From: Acidimicrobiia bacterium
GTDB taxonomy: Bacteria > Actinomycetota > Acidimicrobiia > Spongiisociales > JAENVV01
Direction of reading: 5' to 3'
NCBI GenBank assembly: GCA_029881355.1
Contig: JAOUMT010000001.1
Span: forward strand, 1 to 51,295
Length of the DNA stretch: 51,295 nucleotides
The translations under genes were made by a program, and so were the position numbers. The notes under the pieces were generated by a model. That model was not told the DNA's origin, searched no databases, and worked only from the letters and a program-made list of their open reading frames with translations. Positions 27,677 through 38,900 of this stretch are shown here, one piece after another (the stretch's first letter is position 1; every line of letters starts with the position of its first letter).

Positions 27677-28413
27677 GAACGATTCGGTCGCAGGAACTTC
27701 AAGATGGCCGCCGCCGTCTGGTCCTGCTGCTCCTGGCGACCAATAGCAGCAGATCCATCGCCGGCCTGCGGGCCATAGCTTCCGAACTGCGCATGATTGC
27801 CGCCTTCGATCAATACCAACTCGGCGTTTGGCGACAGGAGCTTGCCGACCTTTTCTTCCACCTCGGCGGGCGTCGCCAGGCCGTCTTCGGAGCCATAAAT
27901 CACCAGGCTCGGGAGGCTGCGGAATGCCAGATTCGACGAATCGCCCGGATAGGCCGCCAACAAGACCAGCCCCGAGATTCGTTGGTTGCGTTCGGCAAAC
28001 TCAGCAGCCATGGCTCCGCCCAGTGAATGACCGGCCATTACCCAATTGGTGATCTCGGGATGTTCGAGCAGGACATCTCCAGCCTCCGATACACCGAAGA
28101 ATGCGAAGTTGAACGGGTGCTTGACCACAACCACGAGCGCTCCCCCGTCGGCAATCTGACGGGCCAGCGGCGCGTACGCTTCGGGATCTACCCGGGCGCC
28201 GGTGTAAAACACCATGCCAACGTTGGGGGTCCGGTCCGCCGGGGCGAAGGTCAGCCGCGGCTCGGTCGTGACGCTGACCGCATCGTCCGATATGAGTAAG
28301 ACGTCCACGTCGGGGGTTGAGTGAAACGGCGAGGCGTAGTTGTCGTAGGCGTAGAACGTTCCAAGCGCCAGCGTGGCAATGAGCAGTCCCCTGATGATCC
28401 ACTTGGTGTCCAT
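27673..28413 (-). CDS. Membrane-anchored alpha/beta hydrolase
   Basis: 246-aa ORF with an N-terminal TM helix (IIRGLLIATLALGTFYAY) and the nucleophile elbow GHSLGG. It overlaps the phr start by 4 nt. Confidence 0.65.
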   Translation of the reverse strand: MDTKWIIRGLLIATLALGTFYAYDNYASPFHSTPDVDVLLISDDAVSVTTEPRLTFAPADRTPNVGMVFYTGARVDPEAYAPLARQIADGGALVVVVKHPFNFAFFGVSEAGDVLLEHPEITNWVMAGHSLGGAMAAEFAERNQRISGLVLLAAYPGDSSNLAFRSLPSLVIYGSEDGLATPAEVEEKVGKLLSPNAELVLIEGGNHAQFGSYGPQAGDGSAAIGRQEQQDQTAAAILKFLRPNRS

Positions 28414-28454
28414 GCCGGTTCATTCTCCCAGGTTTGTGGGCCCGGGCCCGGATT

Positions 28455-30200
28455 TCACCAACCTGTCCAACGCGGCCGATCCGGCAGCCGGGCGGATTCA
28501 TCGTATGGCAAGACGTGGAGTAGCTCGCCACCGGCAACGAGCCGCTGGATGTTCTGCCAGGCATCAGGAGAGAACATGTCACGATGTTCTGATAGAAACA
28601 CCTCTTTGAGCGGCGGCGACAGCCCCAGGAAACGTTCATGCTCCTCCGGGAACACGTCGGTGTCCCCGACGCTGTACCAGGCGTCAGCGGCCATCTCGTC
28701 CTCATCGCTCCGAGCGAGCGGGATCTTGCGAAAACGCATGTCGGTCAGGGGGCGTAGCTCGTCGTAGTCATAGAACACGACGCGCCCGTGACGAGTGACC
28801 CCGAAGTTCTTCAACAACAAGTCGCCAGGAAAGATATTGGTCGAGGCGAGGTCTTTGATCGACCGCCCGAAGTCCAGGACCGCCGCACCCGCCGCCCGTT
28901 CCCCTGCTTCACGGACATAAATGTCGAGCGGGATAACCCGGCGCTCCACGTAGACCTGCTTGATAACCACCACGTCGTCGCTGATCTCGACGGTATCGGC
29001 TGCGTCAGAAGCAAATTCCTCAAGCAATCCCTCAGAGAATCGTGACCGTTGGATCTCGAGATGCTGAAAGTCGTGCGCATCGACCAGGCGACCCGCCCGG
29101 TCGTGTTGGAAGACCATCCGGTACTTGTCCATGATGGCTCGACGGGTCGTGCGCTTCTGCGGGGGAAACTTGTCGCGGATGATCTTGAAGGCGTCGTCGA
29201 AACCAGGCATCGTAAAGACGATCATCACCAGCCCCTTCGTGCCCCGGGCGATCTCGAATTGCTCATCGGTGGAGGCCATATGCCTGCGGAGGTCCCGATA
29301 CAGCTCGGTCTTACCGTGTTTGTTGTACCCGATCGCGATGTAGATTTCGGCAACGCGCTTTCGGGGCATCAGGCGCTTGAGGAATCGAACCAGATCGTAC
29401 GGTCTGGCGACGTCGACCAGGAAATATGAACGGGTAAACGAAAACAGGATCGAGACTTCGTGCTCTTGAGTAAGTACGGCATCGATGGCGACGCCCGAGT
29501 CATCGTGGGTGAAGGCCATGACCAGGGGGATGGTGTGGGAGCCCGAATGTAGGCGAGCCACCAGATAGGCAGCTTGTCCCCGATAGAAGATCGACCGGAC
29601 CAGTTCCGCTCCATCGAGACTCATCAAGGCTCCGACTTGCTCAAGGCGTCCCTCGATCCTGTCGGTGACCGCCGCTAGGTCACCGGGGCGGTCGGCAAGA
29701 TCAAACGGGCATTGGTCCAGCATCGCTTCGACCATCGACGACACAGACTTCGCCCGGCCAAGGGCGACGAAGACTGGTTCCGCTGAGCGGCTGGGTGGGG
29801 TGTCGAAGTCCGTATCAACGAACTCAATGGCCTGGTCCACCCCCACCGTCGTGAAAACACGACGGGTGATCGAGTTGAAGAACGTTTCGGCGATATCCCA
29901 GTCGTCTCGGTCAGAGATGAGCGCGGAAAACACCGCTTTGATGGGAGCCCAAAGCGACTGATCTTCCGTTCGCTCGCCCAGCAGCGCCTCGATGTCCGCC
30001 AGGACCTCGTCCACCACGTCCCGATAGAGGCCGAGCCGTTCAGACGCATCAGCCTGCATCCCATGCCAATCGCGCTGCAGAAAGCGAACTTCGGCTCGGG
30101 AGGTAATCACGCGGAAGCGGGCAACGTAGTTCTCGTATCCGGCCAAAATCGTGTTCGCACCAACAAACGAGCGGCGACTATCGGTTAGCGGTGCGTCCAT
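28455..30200 (-). CDS. aceK: Isocitrate dehydrogenase kinase/phosphatase
   Basis: 581-aa ORF that resembles E. coli AceK over its length as I recall it, including the near-identical block NIFPGDLLLKNFGVTRHGRVVFYDYDEL and WYSVGDTDVFPEE. Confidence 0.85.
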   Translation of the reverse strand: MDAPLTDSRRSFVGANTILAGYENYVARFRVITSRAEVRFLQRDWHGMQADASERLGLYRDVVDEVLADIEALLGERTEDQSLWAPIKAVFSALISDRDDWDIAETFFNSITRRVFTTVGVDQAIEFVDTDFDTPPSRSAEPVFVALGRAKSVSSMVEAMLDQCPFDLADRPGDLAAVTDRIEGRLEQVGALMSLDGAELVRSIFYRGQAAYLVARLHSGSHTIPLVMAFTHDDSGVAIDAVLTQEHEVSILFSFTRSYFLVDVARPYDLVRFLKRLMPRKRVAEIYIAIGYNKHGKTELYRDLRRHMASTDEQFEIARGTKGLVMIVFTMPGFDDAFKIIRDKFPPQKRTTRRAIMDKYRMVFQHDRAGRLVDAHDFQHLEIQRSRFSEGLLEEFASDAADTVEISDDVVVIKQVYVERRVIPLDIYVREAGERAAGAAVLDFGRSIKDLASTNIFPGDLLLKNFGVTRHGRVVFYDYDELRPLTDMRFRKIPLARSDEDEMAADAWYSVGDTDVFPEEHERFLGLSPPLKEVFLSEHRDMFSPDAWQNIQRLVAGGELLHVLPYDESARLPDRPRWTGW

Positions 30201-30286
30201 GCCGTGAGCCTAATAATCGACGTCCGATCGACCTATTCGTCGAACGCTCGATCTCGTCAACAGCGACAACCCATCATGAGGGGTAG

Positions 30287-30368
30287 TACCCCGGGGGGGA
30301 CTTGAACCCCCACGCCTTGCGGCCGTGGATTTTAAGTCCACTGCGTCTGCCGATTCCGCCACCGGGGC
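30287..30368 (-). tRNA. tRNA-Leu (anticodon UAA), type II with long variable arm
   Basis: Hand-folded on the minus strand: acceptor GCCCCGG/CCGGGGU (G1-U72), D-arm GCG-GAAUCGGCAGA-CGC, anticodon stem GUGGA/UCCAC with loop CUUAAAA, variable arm GCC-GCAA-GGC, T-arm GGGGG-UUCAAGU-CCCCC, discriminator A. CCA is not encoded. Confidence 0.9.
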
Positions 30369-30374
30369 TGGCTG

Positions 30375-31283
30375 TCAACCGGACACTAATCCAACGGCCA
30401 CCCCATGCAGTAGGTCCCATTCCGATACGACCATCCCGGAGGCGCCGACGGCCCGTAACGCAGCCTCGAGAACCACCAGACCTCCCAGGATGACAGGAGC
30501 TCGCTTGGTTCCGATTGTGCCGACGGAGGCAATCTCCTCGGTGGTCAGGGTTGCCAGCCTCCCGAGGAGTTCTGTAACGGCATCGGGGCCGATCGTGGCC
30601 AAGTGGACGATCGACCGATCGTGCACGGTGAGTCCGAGCAGAGTCCCGGCGACAGTCGTGCAGGTACCGGCAACGCCGACCACGGTTTCCGAATCAGCGA
30701 CATCGATCCCGGCGAACAACCCGGCCGTGACCGACCGGGCAGCCGCAAGCTTTCTGGCCGGCACGGGGCCGCCACCAAGATAGAGGTCGGTCAGCCGTAC
30801 CGATCCAATATCGACGCTCACCGCCGTCTCGACCCCGGACCGGCCATGAACGAATTCTGTGGATCCTCCGCCGATGTCAATAACCGTGATTTGCCGGTCC
30901 GGCAACGCCCGGGAAGCTCCCTCGAACGAAAACCGCGCTTCCGCTACTCCATCAATGAGCGTCGGGCGGACGCCACAGATACGCTCGACCTGATCGAAGA
31001 AGTCCTCACGGTTCCGGGCATCTCGCGAAGCCGACGTCGCCACGATGATCGAGTTGTCTGAATCGGCAAAAGCGGTTGCGAAGGAGCCGAGGGCGTTGAC
31101 CGCTCGCTCCATGGCGTCCGGTTGTAGAAGCCCTGTGTCGTGCAATCCCCGTCCGAGCCCTACCACTTCGGTCCGCACGTCGACCTCGGTCAAACTCGAA
31201 CCTTCGACATCGGCTACCAGCAACCGCGCCGTGTTCGTTCCGATGTCCCCCACGGCAACCCGGGTCACTTCGGTTCCCGCCAA
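30375..31283 (-). CDS. ppx: Ppx/GppA-family exopolyphosphatase
   Basis: 302-aa ORF with ASKHA-fold phosphate motifs (VGDIGTNTARLLV, VIDIGGGSTEF). It sits in the conserved position after DUF501. Confidence 0.85.
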   Translation of the reverse strand: MAGTEVTRVAVGDIGTNTARLLVADVEGSSLTEVDVRTEVVGLGRGLHDTGLLQPDAMERAVNALGSFATAFADSDNSIIVATSASRDARNREDFFDQVERICGVRPTLIDGVAEARFSFEGASRALPDRQITVIDIGGGSTEFVHGRSGVETAVSVDIGSVRLTDLYLGGGPVPARKLAAARSVTAGLFAGIDVADSETVVGVAGTCTTVAGTLLGLTVHDRSIVHLATIGPDAVTELLGRLATLTTEEIASVGTIGTKRAPVILGGLVVLEAALRAVGASGMVVSEWDLLHGVAVGLVSG

Positions 31284-31811
31284 TCCGGATTCCGGGCGAC
31301 TACGCCCGCCACCTCGGTAACGCAGGGTATCTCGCAGTGCAGCGGTTCAACCCAGGGGGCGACGAGCGCACCAACGGGATTGTCATTCCCAGCCGCGTGA
31401 TCGGCGTAGTGGGCATGAAGACATTTCACTCCAACGGTCAGGCCAGCCACCCCACCGGATGGCCGATGGACGGCATCGACGGGAATCGCAGCGTCGCGCT
31501 CAGCCTCGTAGCGGCGGTGGGCATCCGCCATTTGTGCGGCCAGGTGGGGATCTTCGCCGAGAGCACTCTCCATCGCCTTGACTCCCCCGGCCCCTTCGAG
31601 TCGCCCAATCCGCTTGTTGGCCAGCGGGCAGGTGAGCCAAAACCGGGTTGGAAACGGCGTGCCGTCATCGAGAACGGGGGGGACGCGTATGACCGTAGGG
31701 AGACCGAGCGAACAACGAGCACGTGCTTCACTCGCCGCACGCAACGGACGTTCGATCTGGGCGGCTGCGATTTCACTGTCGAGCCTGGCGGTGCCGCCTG
31801 GCGGACCGTCG

Positions 31812-31825
<14 letters not shown>
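31265..31825 (-). CDS. DUF501 domain protein
   Basis: The PFPTRFWLTCP block and the KCLHAHYA motif match DUF501. The eno-ftsB-DUF501-ppx synteny matches mycobacteria. Confidence 0.75.
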
Positions 31826-33502
<1,677 letters not shown>

Positions 33503-34987
33503 TTATCCCTCGTTGTCTTTTGCCGCTTCCCACCAGCGTTCAAGGTCACTGTTGGTAGCCGCGGCGAGGTCACCGTGCGACTCCATCCACTTGAGGCGTC
33601 GCTCAAACCGTTGGGTTGCGGTCCGCAATGCCAGCTCAGGGCCGATGTTCAGGTGCCTCGCAAGGTTGACTACGGTAAACAACACGTCGCCAAGTTCGTG
33701 CAGCTTCTCTTCTGCGGTTTCGGCGCCTGCCAGCTCGGCAATCTCTTCCCGAAGCTTGGCGAATACTGGGTCGGCCCGGTCCCAGTCGAAACCGACCCCG
33801 TTCGCCCGCTCCTGGACTTTGGCGGCCTTCGTGAGCGGTTCAAGGTGCTGAGCTACGCCGTCAAACAGACTCCGACTCCCTTTCTCGGCGGCTTTGGCCC
33901 GCTCCCATACCTCCAGGACGTCTTCGGCGTTGTCGGCCAACTCATCGCCAAAGACGTGGGGATGTCGCCCCGTCAGCTTGGCTATGAGCGTCTGGGCAAC
34001 CGCGTCGGCCCGTAAAGCCCCTGACGGTTCACCGATTGCGACATGGAAGATCACCTGCAACAGGACATCGCCGAGTTCCTCCTCGACATCGGCATAAGCA
34101 CCGAAATCCGGTTCGTCACCGGCAGCCGGAAGAGCGGCGAGTGCTTCGGCCAGCTCCGCCGCTTCTTCCGTGAGGTTGGCGATGAGGGAGTGATGGGTCT
34201 GCTCGGCATCCCAGGGACATTCGCGACGCAGAGTTCGCATGATGTCGATTACCCCCAGCCAGCCCGTAGGCCGCTGGGGCTCGATCACGAGACTCGTGCG
34301 CAGGGACGCAATCGAGCTGTCGAAGTCCCTGACCGGTCGGGTTTCGATCCGGGCCTTCTCACCGCCCGCGTCCGTGACAACCGTGATGGGTGCTTCGTCC
34401 CCGAGCAGCTCAGCCAACCGGCTGAGGACGTCGACAGCGATCAGGGGCACGTCAACCTGAGCGATGATCGTCGGCACGTGCAGCGGAAAGGGATCGGGAA
34501 GATCTCGGCCGTCAAGGACCTGCAACCCGTGCTCAAGCGGGTCGATTCCCATTTCGGCGCAGACGGCGTCGATGAACGATTCCGCACCGACTACTTCCAC
34601 GGGCACCCCGCGAGCTGCGGCGAGACGACGGATTCTCGGGACGGTGAACTCCCCCACCGAAGGACTTCCCGGGACGGCGAAAATGACCGGACCCTCGTCG
34701 TAGTAGCCCATGACCCGGGCGGCGAGCCGGTCGTAGACGGACTCGAAGTCGTTCAGGGATTCGTAAAGGTCATCGCCGGAAACAACCTCCCTCGTCGCGG
34801 CCAGTTGGGCCAATCCCGGGTGGCTGGTTGTGCGGACCACCAGACAGAAGGTCGGGTCGAGCAGAAGGTCACGCGTCGAGCCGGGGAGCCGATCGAGCTC
34901 ACCCGGCCCAACGCCAACGATTACGAGTCGATGGTTCAGGGAGCCACGATGGTCGGAGGCTGCGTGGTGTCCTCGGGAAGGGTCCAC
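33503..34987 (-). CDS. mazG: MazG NTP pyrophosphohydrolase with N-terminal tetrapyrrole-methylase-like domain (YabN type)
   Basis: The N-terminal half has TP-methylase-like blocks (IVGVGPGE, VRTTSHP, FAVPGSPSVGE). The C-terminal half has tandem MazG repeats (EEAAELAEA, EELGDVLLQV; EEIAELA, ELGDVLF). The start is ambiguous: GTG 35044, GTG 34987 or CTG 34939. The first two overlap the upstream PPIase gene by 109 or 52 nt. Confidence 0.8.
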   Translation of the reverse strand: MDPSRGHHAASDHRGSLNHRLVIVGVGPGELDRLPGSTRDLLLDPTFCLVVRTTSHPGLAQLAATREVVSGDDLYESLNDFESVYDRLAARVMGYYDEGPVIFAVPGSPSVGEFTVPRIRRLAAARGVPVEVVGAESFIDAVCAEMGIDPLEHGLQVLDGRDLPDPFPLHVPTIIAQVDVPLIAVDVLSRLAELLGDEAPITVVTDAGGEKARIETRPVRDFDSSIASLRTSLVIEPQRPTGWLGVIDIMRTLRRECPWDAEQTHHSLIANLTEEAAELAEALAALPAAGDEPDFGAYADVEEELGDVLLQVIFHVAIGEPSGALRADAVAQTLIAKLTGRHPHVFGDELADNAEDVLEVWERAKAAEKGSRSLFDGVAQHLEPLTKAAKVQERANGVGFDWDRADPVFAKLREEIAELAGAETAEEKLHELGDVLFTVVNLARHLNIGPELALRTATQRFERRLKWMESHGDLAAATNSDLERWWEAAKDNEG

Positions 34988-35856
34988 GTGCCGTATGACT
35001 CTGCCACTTGAACGTCCGCGGTGCGGATTTCGTTTATGTACCACTCGGTAAGAAGGGTTGAAGCGCTGGCCGACTTGAGGTTGGCAGCGATGGTGTCGTG
35101 ATACTCGGACAGGTCAGGGAGGGTTCGTTCCGACACCACGATCACGTGGAAGCCGAACTCCGACTCGACCGGCCCAAACGGCTCATTAAGCGGCGCTTCC
35201 ATGACAGCCGCGGCGAACGGAGCAACATACCCACTCGGAGATGAGCAGCCGAGATCACCGCCTTCGGCTCCCGAGACGGTGTCGGTCGACAATTCGATCG
35301 CCATGGCTGCGAAATCCTCACCGGCCACTGCCCGATCATAGATATCCTGAGCGTCCTCTTCGGTTTCAACCAGGATGTGGCGGGCGCAGACCTCGGCGAG
35401 TTCGGCCGAACCCGCGTCGAACGTGGCCTGAATCTCCTCCTCGGTTGGCTCCGCCACCTCGCCGGCGAAGTGCTCGGTCAGCTGGGTTTGGATGCGATCC
35501 TGACGGACAATCATCGGCAGGACCGCCTCGCTAAACCCGTTCTCGCTCAGCGCTACGTCGAGGGTGACGCCCTGGCCCGCCAGCGATGCCTCAATCTCGC
35601 TGATGCCACCCTGGATATCTTCGTCAGAAACGGCAATATCGAACTGGTCCTGAGCGGCTTTCGAGACGATCTGATCGACGATGACCTGATAGAGCATGTC
35701 GTTGAAAGCAGCCTGCTCCGGCGCAGCAGGATCGGTGAGCAGATCGGCAACCTGGGCGGTTGAGATGGTCGTACCGTTTACGACGGCGGCCGACCCCGAG
35801 CTACAAGCGCTACCCACAAACGCGAGCACGGTAGCGAGAAGAATGGAACGTTTCAC
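34936..35856 (-). CDS. Parvulin-type peptidyl-prolyl isomerase lipoprotein (PrsA/SurA-like)
   Basis: Lipoprotein signal MKRSILLATVLAFVGSAC and a parvulin domain (ARHILVETEEDAQ...GGDLG...GFHVIVV). Confidence 0.8.
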   Translation of the reverse strand: MKRSILLATVLAFVGSACSSGSAAVVNGTTISTAQVADLLTDPAAPEQAAFNDMLYQVIVDQIVSKAAQDQFDIAVSDEDIQGGISEIEASLAGQGVTLDVALSENGFSEAVLPMIVRQDRIQTQLTEHFAGEVAEPTEEEIQATFDAGSAELAEVCARHILVETEEDAQDIYDRAVAGEDFAAMAIELSTDTVSGAEGGDLGCSSPSGYVAPFAAAVMEAPLNEPFGPVESEFGFHVIVVSERTLPDLSEYHDTIAANLKSASASTLLTEWYINEIRTADVQVAESYGTWTLPEDTTQPPTIVAP

Positions 35857-35941
35857 GAAGTCACCTTAAAGTTGAATTACTCGACTGCAGTCGATGTTGC
35901 CCCCTACATGGTAGGACTCGGGCGGATCCAAACGAAAACGA

Positions 35942-38900
35942 TCAAACCCACATCGCCTGGATAAAGCCAATGAGCTGGTCGACCACTTGGGCGTCTGGAG
36001 GGGCGGGTAGGAATACGGAACCTTCGCCGGCGCGCAGAACCGATTTCGGAGCCAGGCGTTTGAGACGGATCTCCTGAGAATCTGAAAGGTCGACCGGTCC
36101 GATCCGGATCTCATCGCGGAGTTTGACGATCTCGGTGAGCCCCACTCGTATGGCCTCGGTCCTGAGTCGGGCCAAACCAATGAGCGAGTGGCCACTCGGT
36201 GGCAGCTCACCGTACCGATCAGTCCACTCGACGGCGACGTCCGACACCTGGTCGGACGTCAGGGTGGCGGCGAGCCGACGATAGGCTTCAATGCGGGCAG
36301 CCTGATCGGCTATGTAGTCGTCGGGGAGATGGGCATCGACGGGCAGGTCTATCCGAACCTCAGGCGGATCGTCAGTCGCCTCGGTCTTGAAGCCCTCCAA
36401 CTCGCCGACTGCTTCTGCGACCAGATTGACATATGTATCGAACCCGACCGCCGAGATGTGACCGGATTGGACTTCCCCGAGCATCGAACCCGCTCCCCGG
36501 ATCTCCAGGTCACGCAACGCCACGTCAAAGCCGGATCCGAGGTCGGAGTGCTCACCGATCGCTTCGAGGCGCCGGTGGGCATCCTCAGACATGATCTGAT
36601 CCGTCGGGTGGAACAGATACGCGTAGGCACGTTGATGCGACCGACCTACCCGGCCGCGCAACTGGTACAGCTGAGCCAGGCCAAGCAAATCAGCTCGTTC
36701 GACAATAAGCGTGTTGACCTGGGGTAGGTCCAAACCCGACTCGATGATGGTGGTGGCGACGAGGACGTCGTATTCGCGGTTCCAGAAGTCGAGCATGACC
36801 TGCTCGAGCTGACCTTCGGACATCTGCCCGTGGGCTATCGCGTAGCGGGCGTCGGGGACGAGGCTGCGCAGCTGCGCGACTGCCCGATCTATGGACTGGA
36901 CCCGATTGTGCACATAGAAAACCTGGCCCTCCCGAAGCATCTCTCGCCGGATGGCGGCCGACACCGACATCCGATCGTACGGACCGACATAGGTAAGAAT
37001 CGGATGTCGATCAACTGGCGGCGTGCGAATATGGCTGACGTCGCGGACGCCCGTAAGGGCCATTTCGAGAGTACGCGGAATCGGTGTAGCCGTGAGCGTC
37101 AAGACATCGACGCCGACTTTCATTTCCTTCAACCGATCCTTGGCACCAACCCCAAATCTTTGTTCCTCGTCCACGACCATCAGCCCGAGATTCTTGAAGT
37201 TCACGTCCTGGGAGAGCAACCGGTGCGTCCCGATAACCACGTCGACGTCGCCGCTTTCGACTCCTGCGAGGACTTCCCGTTGCTGCGCGGCCGTTAGAAA
37301 ACGACTGAGCACCTCAACCCGGATCGGATACGGGTCAAACCGTTCGGAGAACGTTTGAAAGTGCTGTTGAGCCAGCAGGGTGGTCGGACACAACACGGCC
37401 GCCTGCTTGCCAGATACGGCCGCTTTGAACACGGCGCGGATGGCGACTTCCGTCTTGCCGAACCCAACATCGCCAAAGATCAAACGATCCATTGGCTTGC
37501 CTTCCGCCATGTCTTGCTTGACGTCACCGATTGCCGTCAGCTGATCTGGAGTCTCCTCGAAGGGAAAGGCGTTTTCGAGCTCCTGCTCCCACGGAGTGTC
37601 AGGACCAAAGGCATAACCAACCGCCGCAGCCCGGCGCCGATGGAGGTCAACAACCTTCTCGGCGATGGCCGCCACCGCCTTACGAACCTTGCCCTTGGTC
37701 TTGGCCCAATCGGCTCCGCCCATCCGAGAAACTCGCGGTGCTTCGCCTCCCGTGTACTTGCGGACCGCCGCCAGCGAGTCGGTCGGGACATAAAGCTTGT
37801 CGGCACCGGCATAGGCGATGATCAAATAGTCACGCTCGACACCGCCGATCGTCCGGGTAACGAGCCCCTCAAACCGACCGATGCCGTGACGGTGATGGAC
37901 AACGAAGTCGCCATCAGCCAGATCCCTATAGCCAGGGCCGGACCCCTGCCCGGCTCGAGCGGTCGTACGGCGGTGGGCTCGGCGCCGACCGGCGATCTGC
38001 TGCTCGCCAACCACTGCGACACCCGGTCCCGACATCACAAATCCCTGATGAATCCCGATCGACGTGATGGCCGGGGACGGCTTTTCCAGGACATCGAGTC
38101 GGGGCAGGGCAAACCCCTCTTCGCCGAGAATTCGGGCGACCCGGTCGGCGGCGGCCGTCCCATCCATCGCCACGACAGTTACGATTTGTCGGTCGGCGAG
38201 TCGCTTGAGGCCCGCCGCCACTGATTCGGCTACCCCTGGCTGAGCGTCAAGGCTGCTCACGTCGACGATGTAATCGGCGGGGCCGGTAGGCAGGGAAGGT
38301 GCCTGGACAACGGTTCCCGCAACCCGTGCCAATTCGGCACTGAGGTCAAGATACAACGCCGGATGATCGCCGGCTTCTGGGGCGCCCACACCCCAGGTGG
38401 GGGCGAGGGCTTCGGCAAGATCGCGCTCCTCGCCGACCAGTTCGGCAGCCCGGTTCATGCAGCGGACCGGGTCAAACACGTACACCCGGTCGGGCGCTTT
38501 GGTCAGCATGCTGTCCGGTTCCGCCAACCACGGCATCCATGATTCCATACCGGGAAAACTGACCCCTTCGGCGATTCGATCCCAGGCGTGGGCCGCCCAC
38601 GGTTCTTGAAAAACCAGTTCGGCAGCCCGAGCTCGGACCTCGGAGTCCGTACGGAACTCGCGCGCTCCGTGCAATGACACGTGATCGACTGCCCCCATGG
38701 AGCGCTGCGACGAGACTGCGAACTCCCGGATCGATTCCACCTCGTCGCCCCAGAACTCGATCCGCACGGGCTGAGCCGTTCCTGCGCCGAATACATCGAT
38801 GATCCCACCGCGCACCGCGAATTCTCCACGGCTCTCGACCCGGCTGACCCCTTGGTAACCACTCTCGGCCAGCCAGGCAACGAGGTCATCAAAGCCCGCC

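Noticed and set aside
30201-30400. Integrated mobile element or genomic island at tRNA-Leu
   Set aside because: No integrase, excisionase, transposase or phage gene flanks the tRNA, and I could not spot a duplicated tRNA 3' segment by eye. Only the taxonomically unusual aceK hints at acquisition, so this is kept as a hypothesis inside the aceK finding rather than called as a feature.
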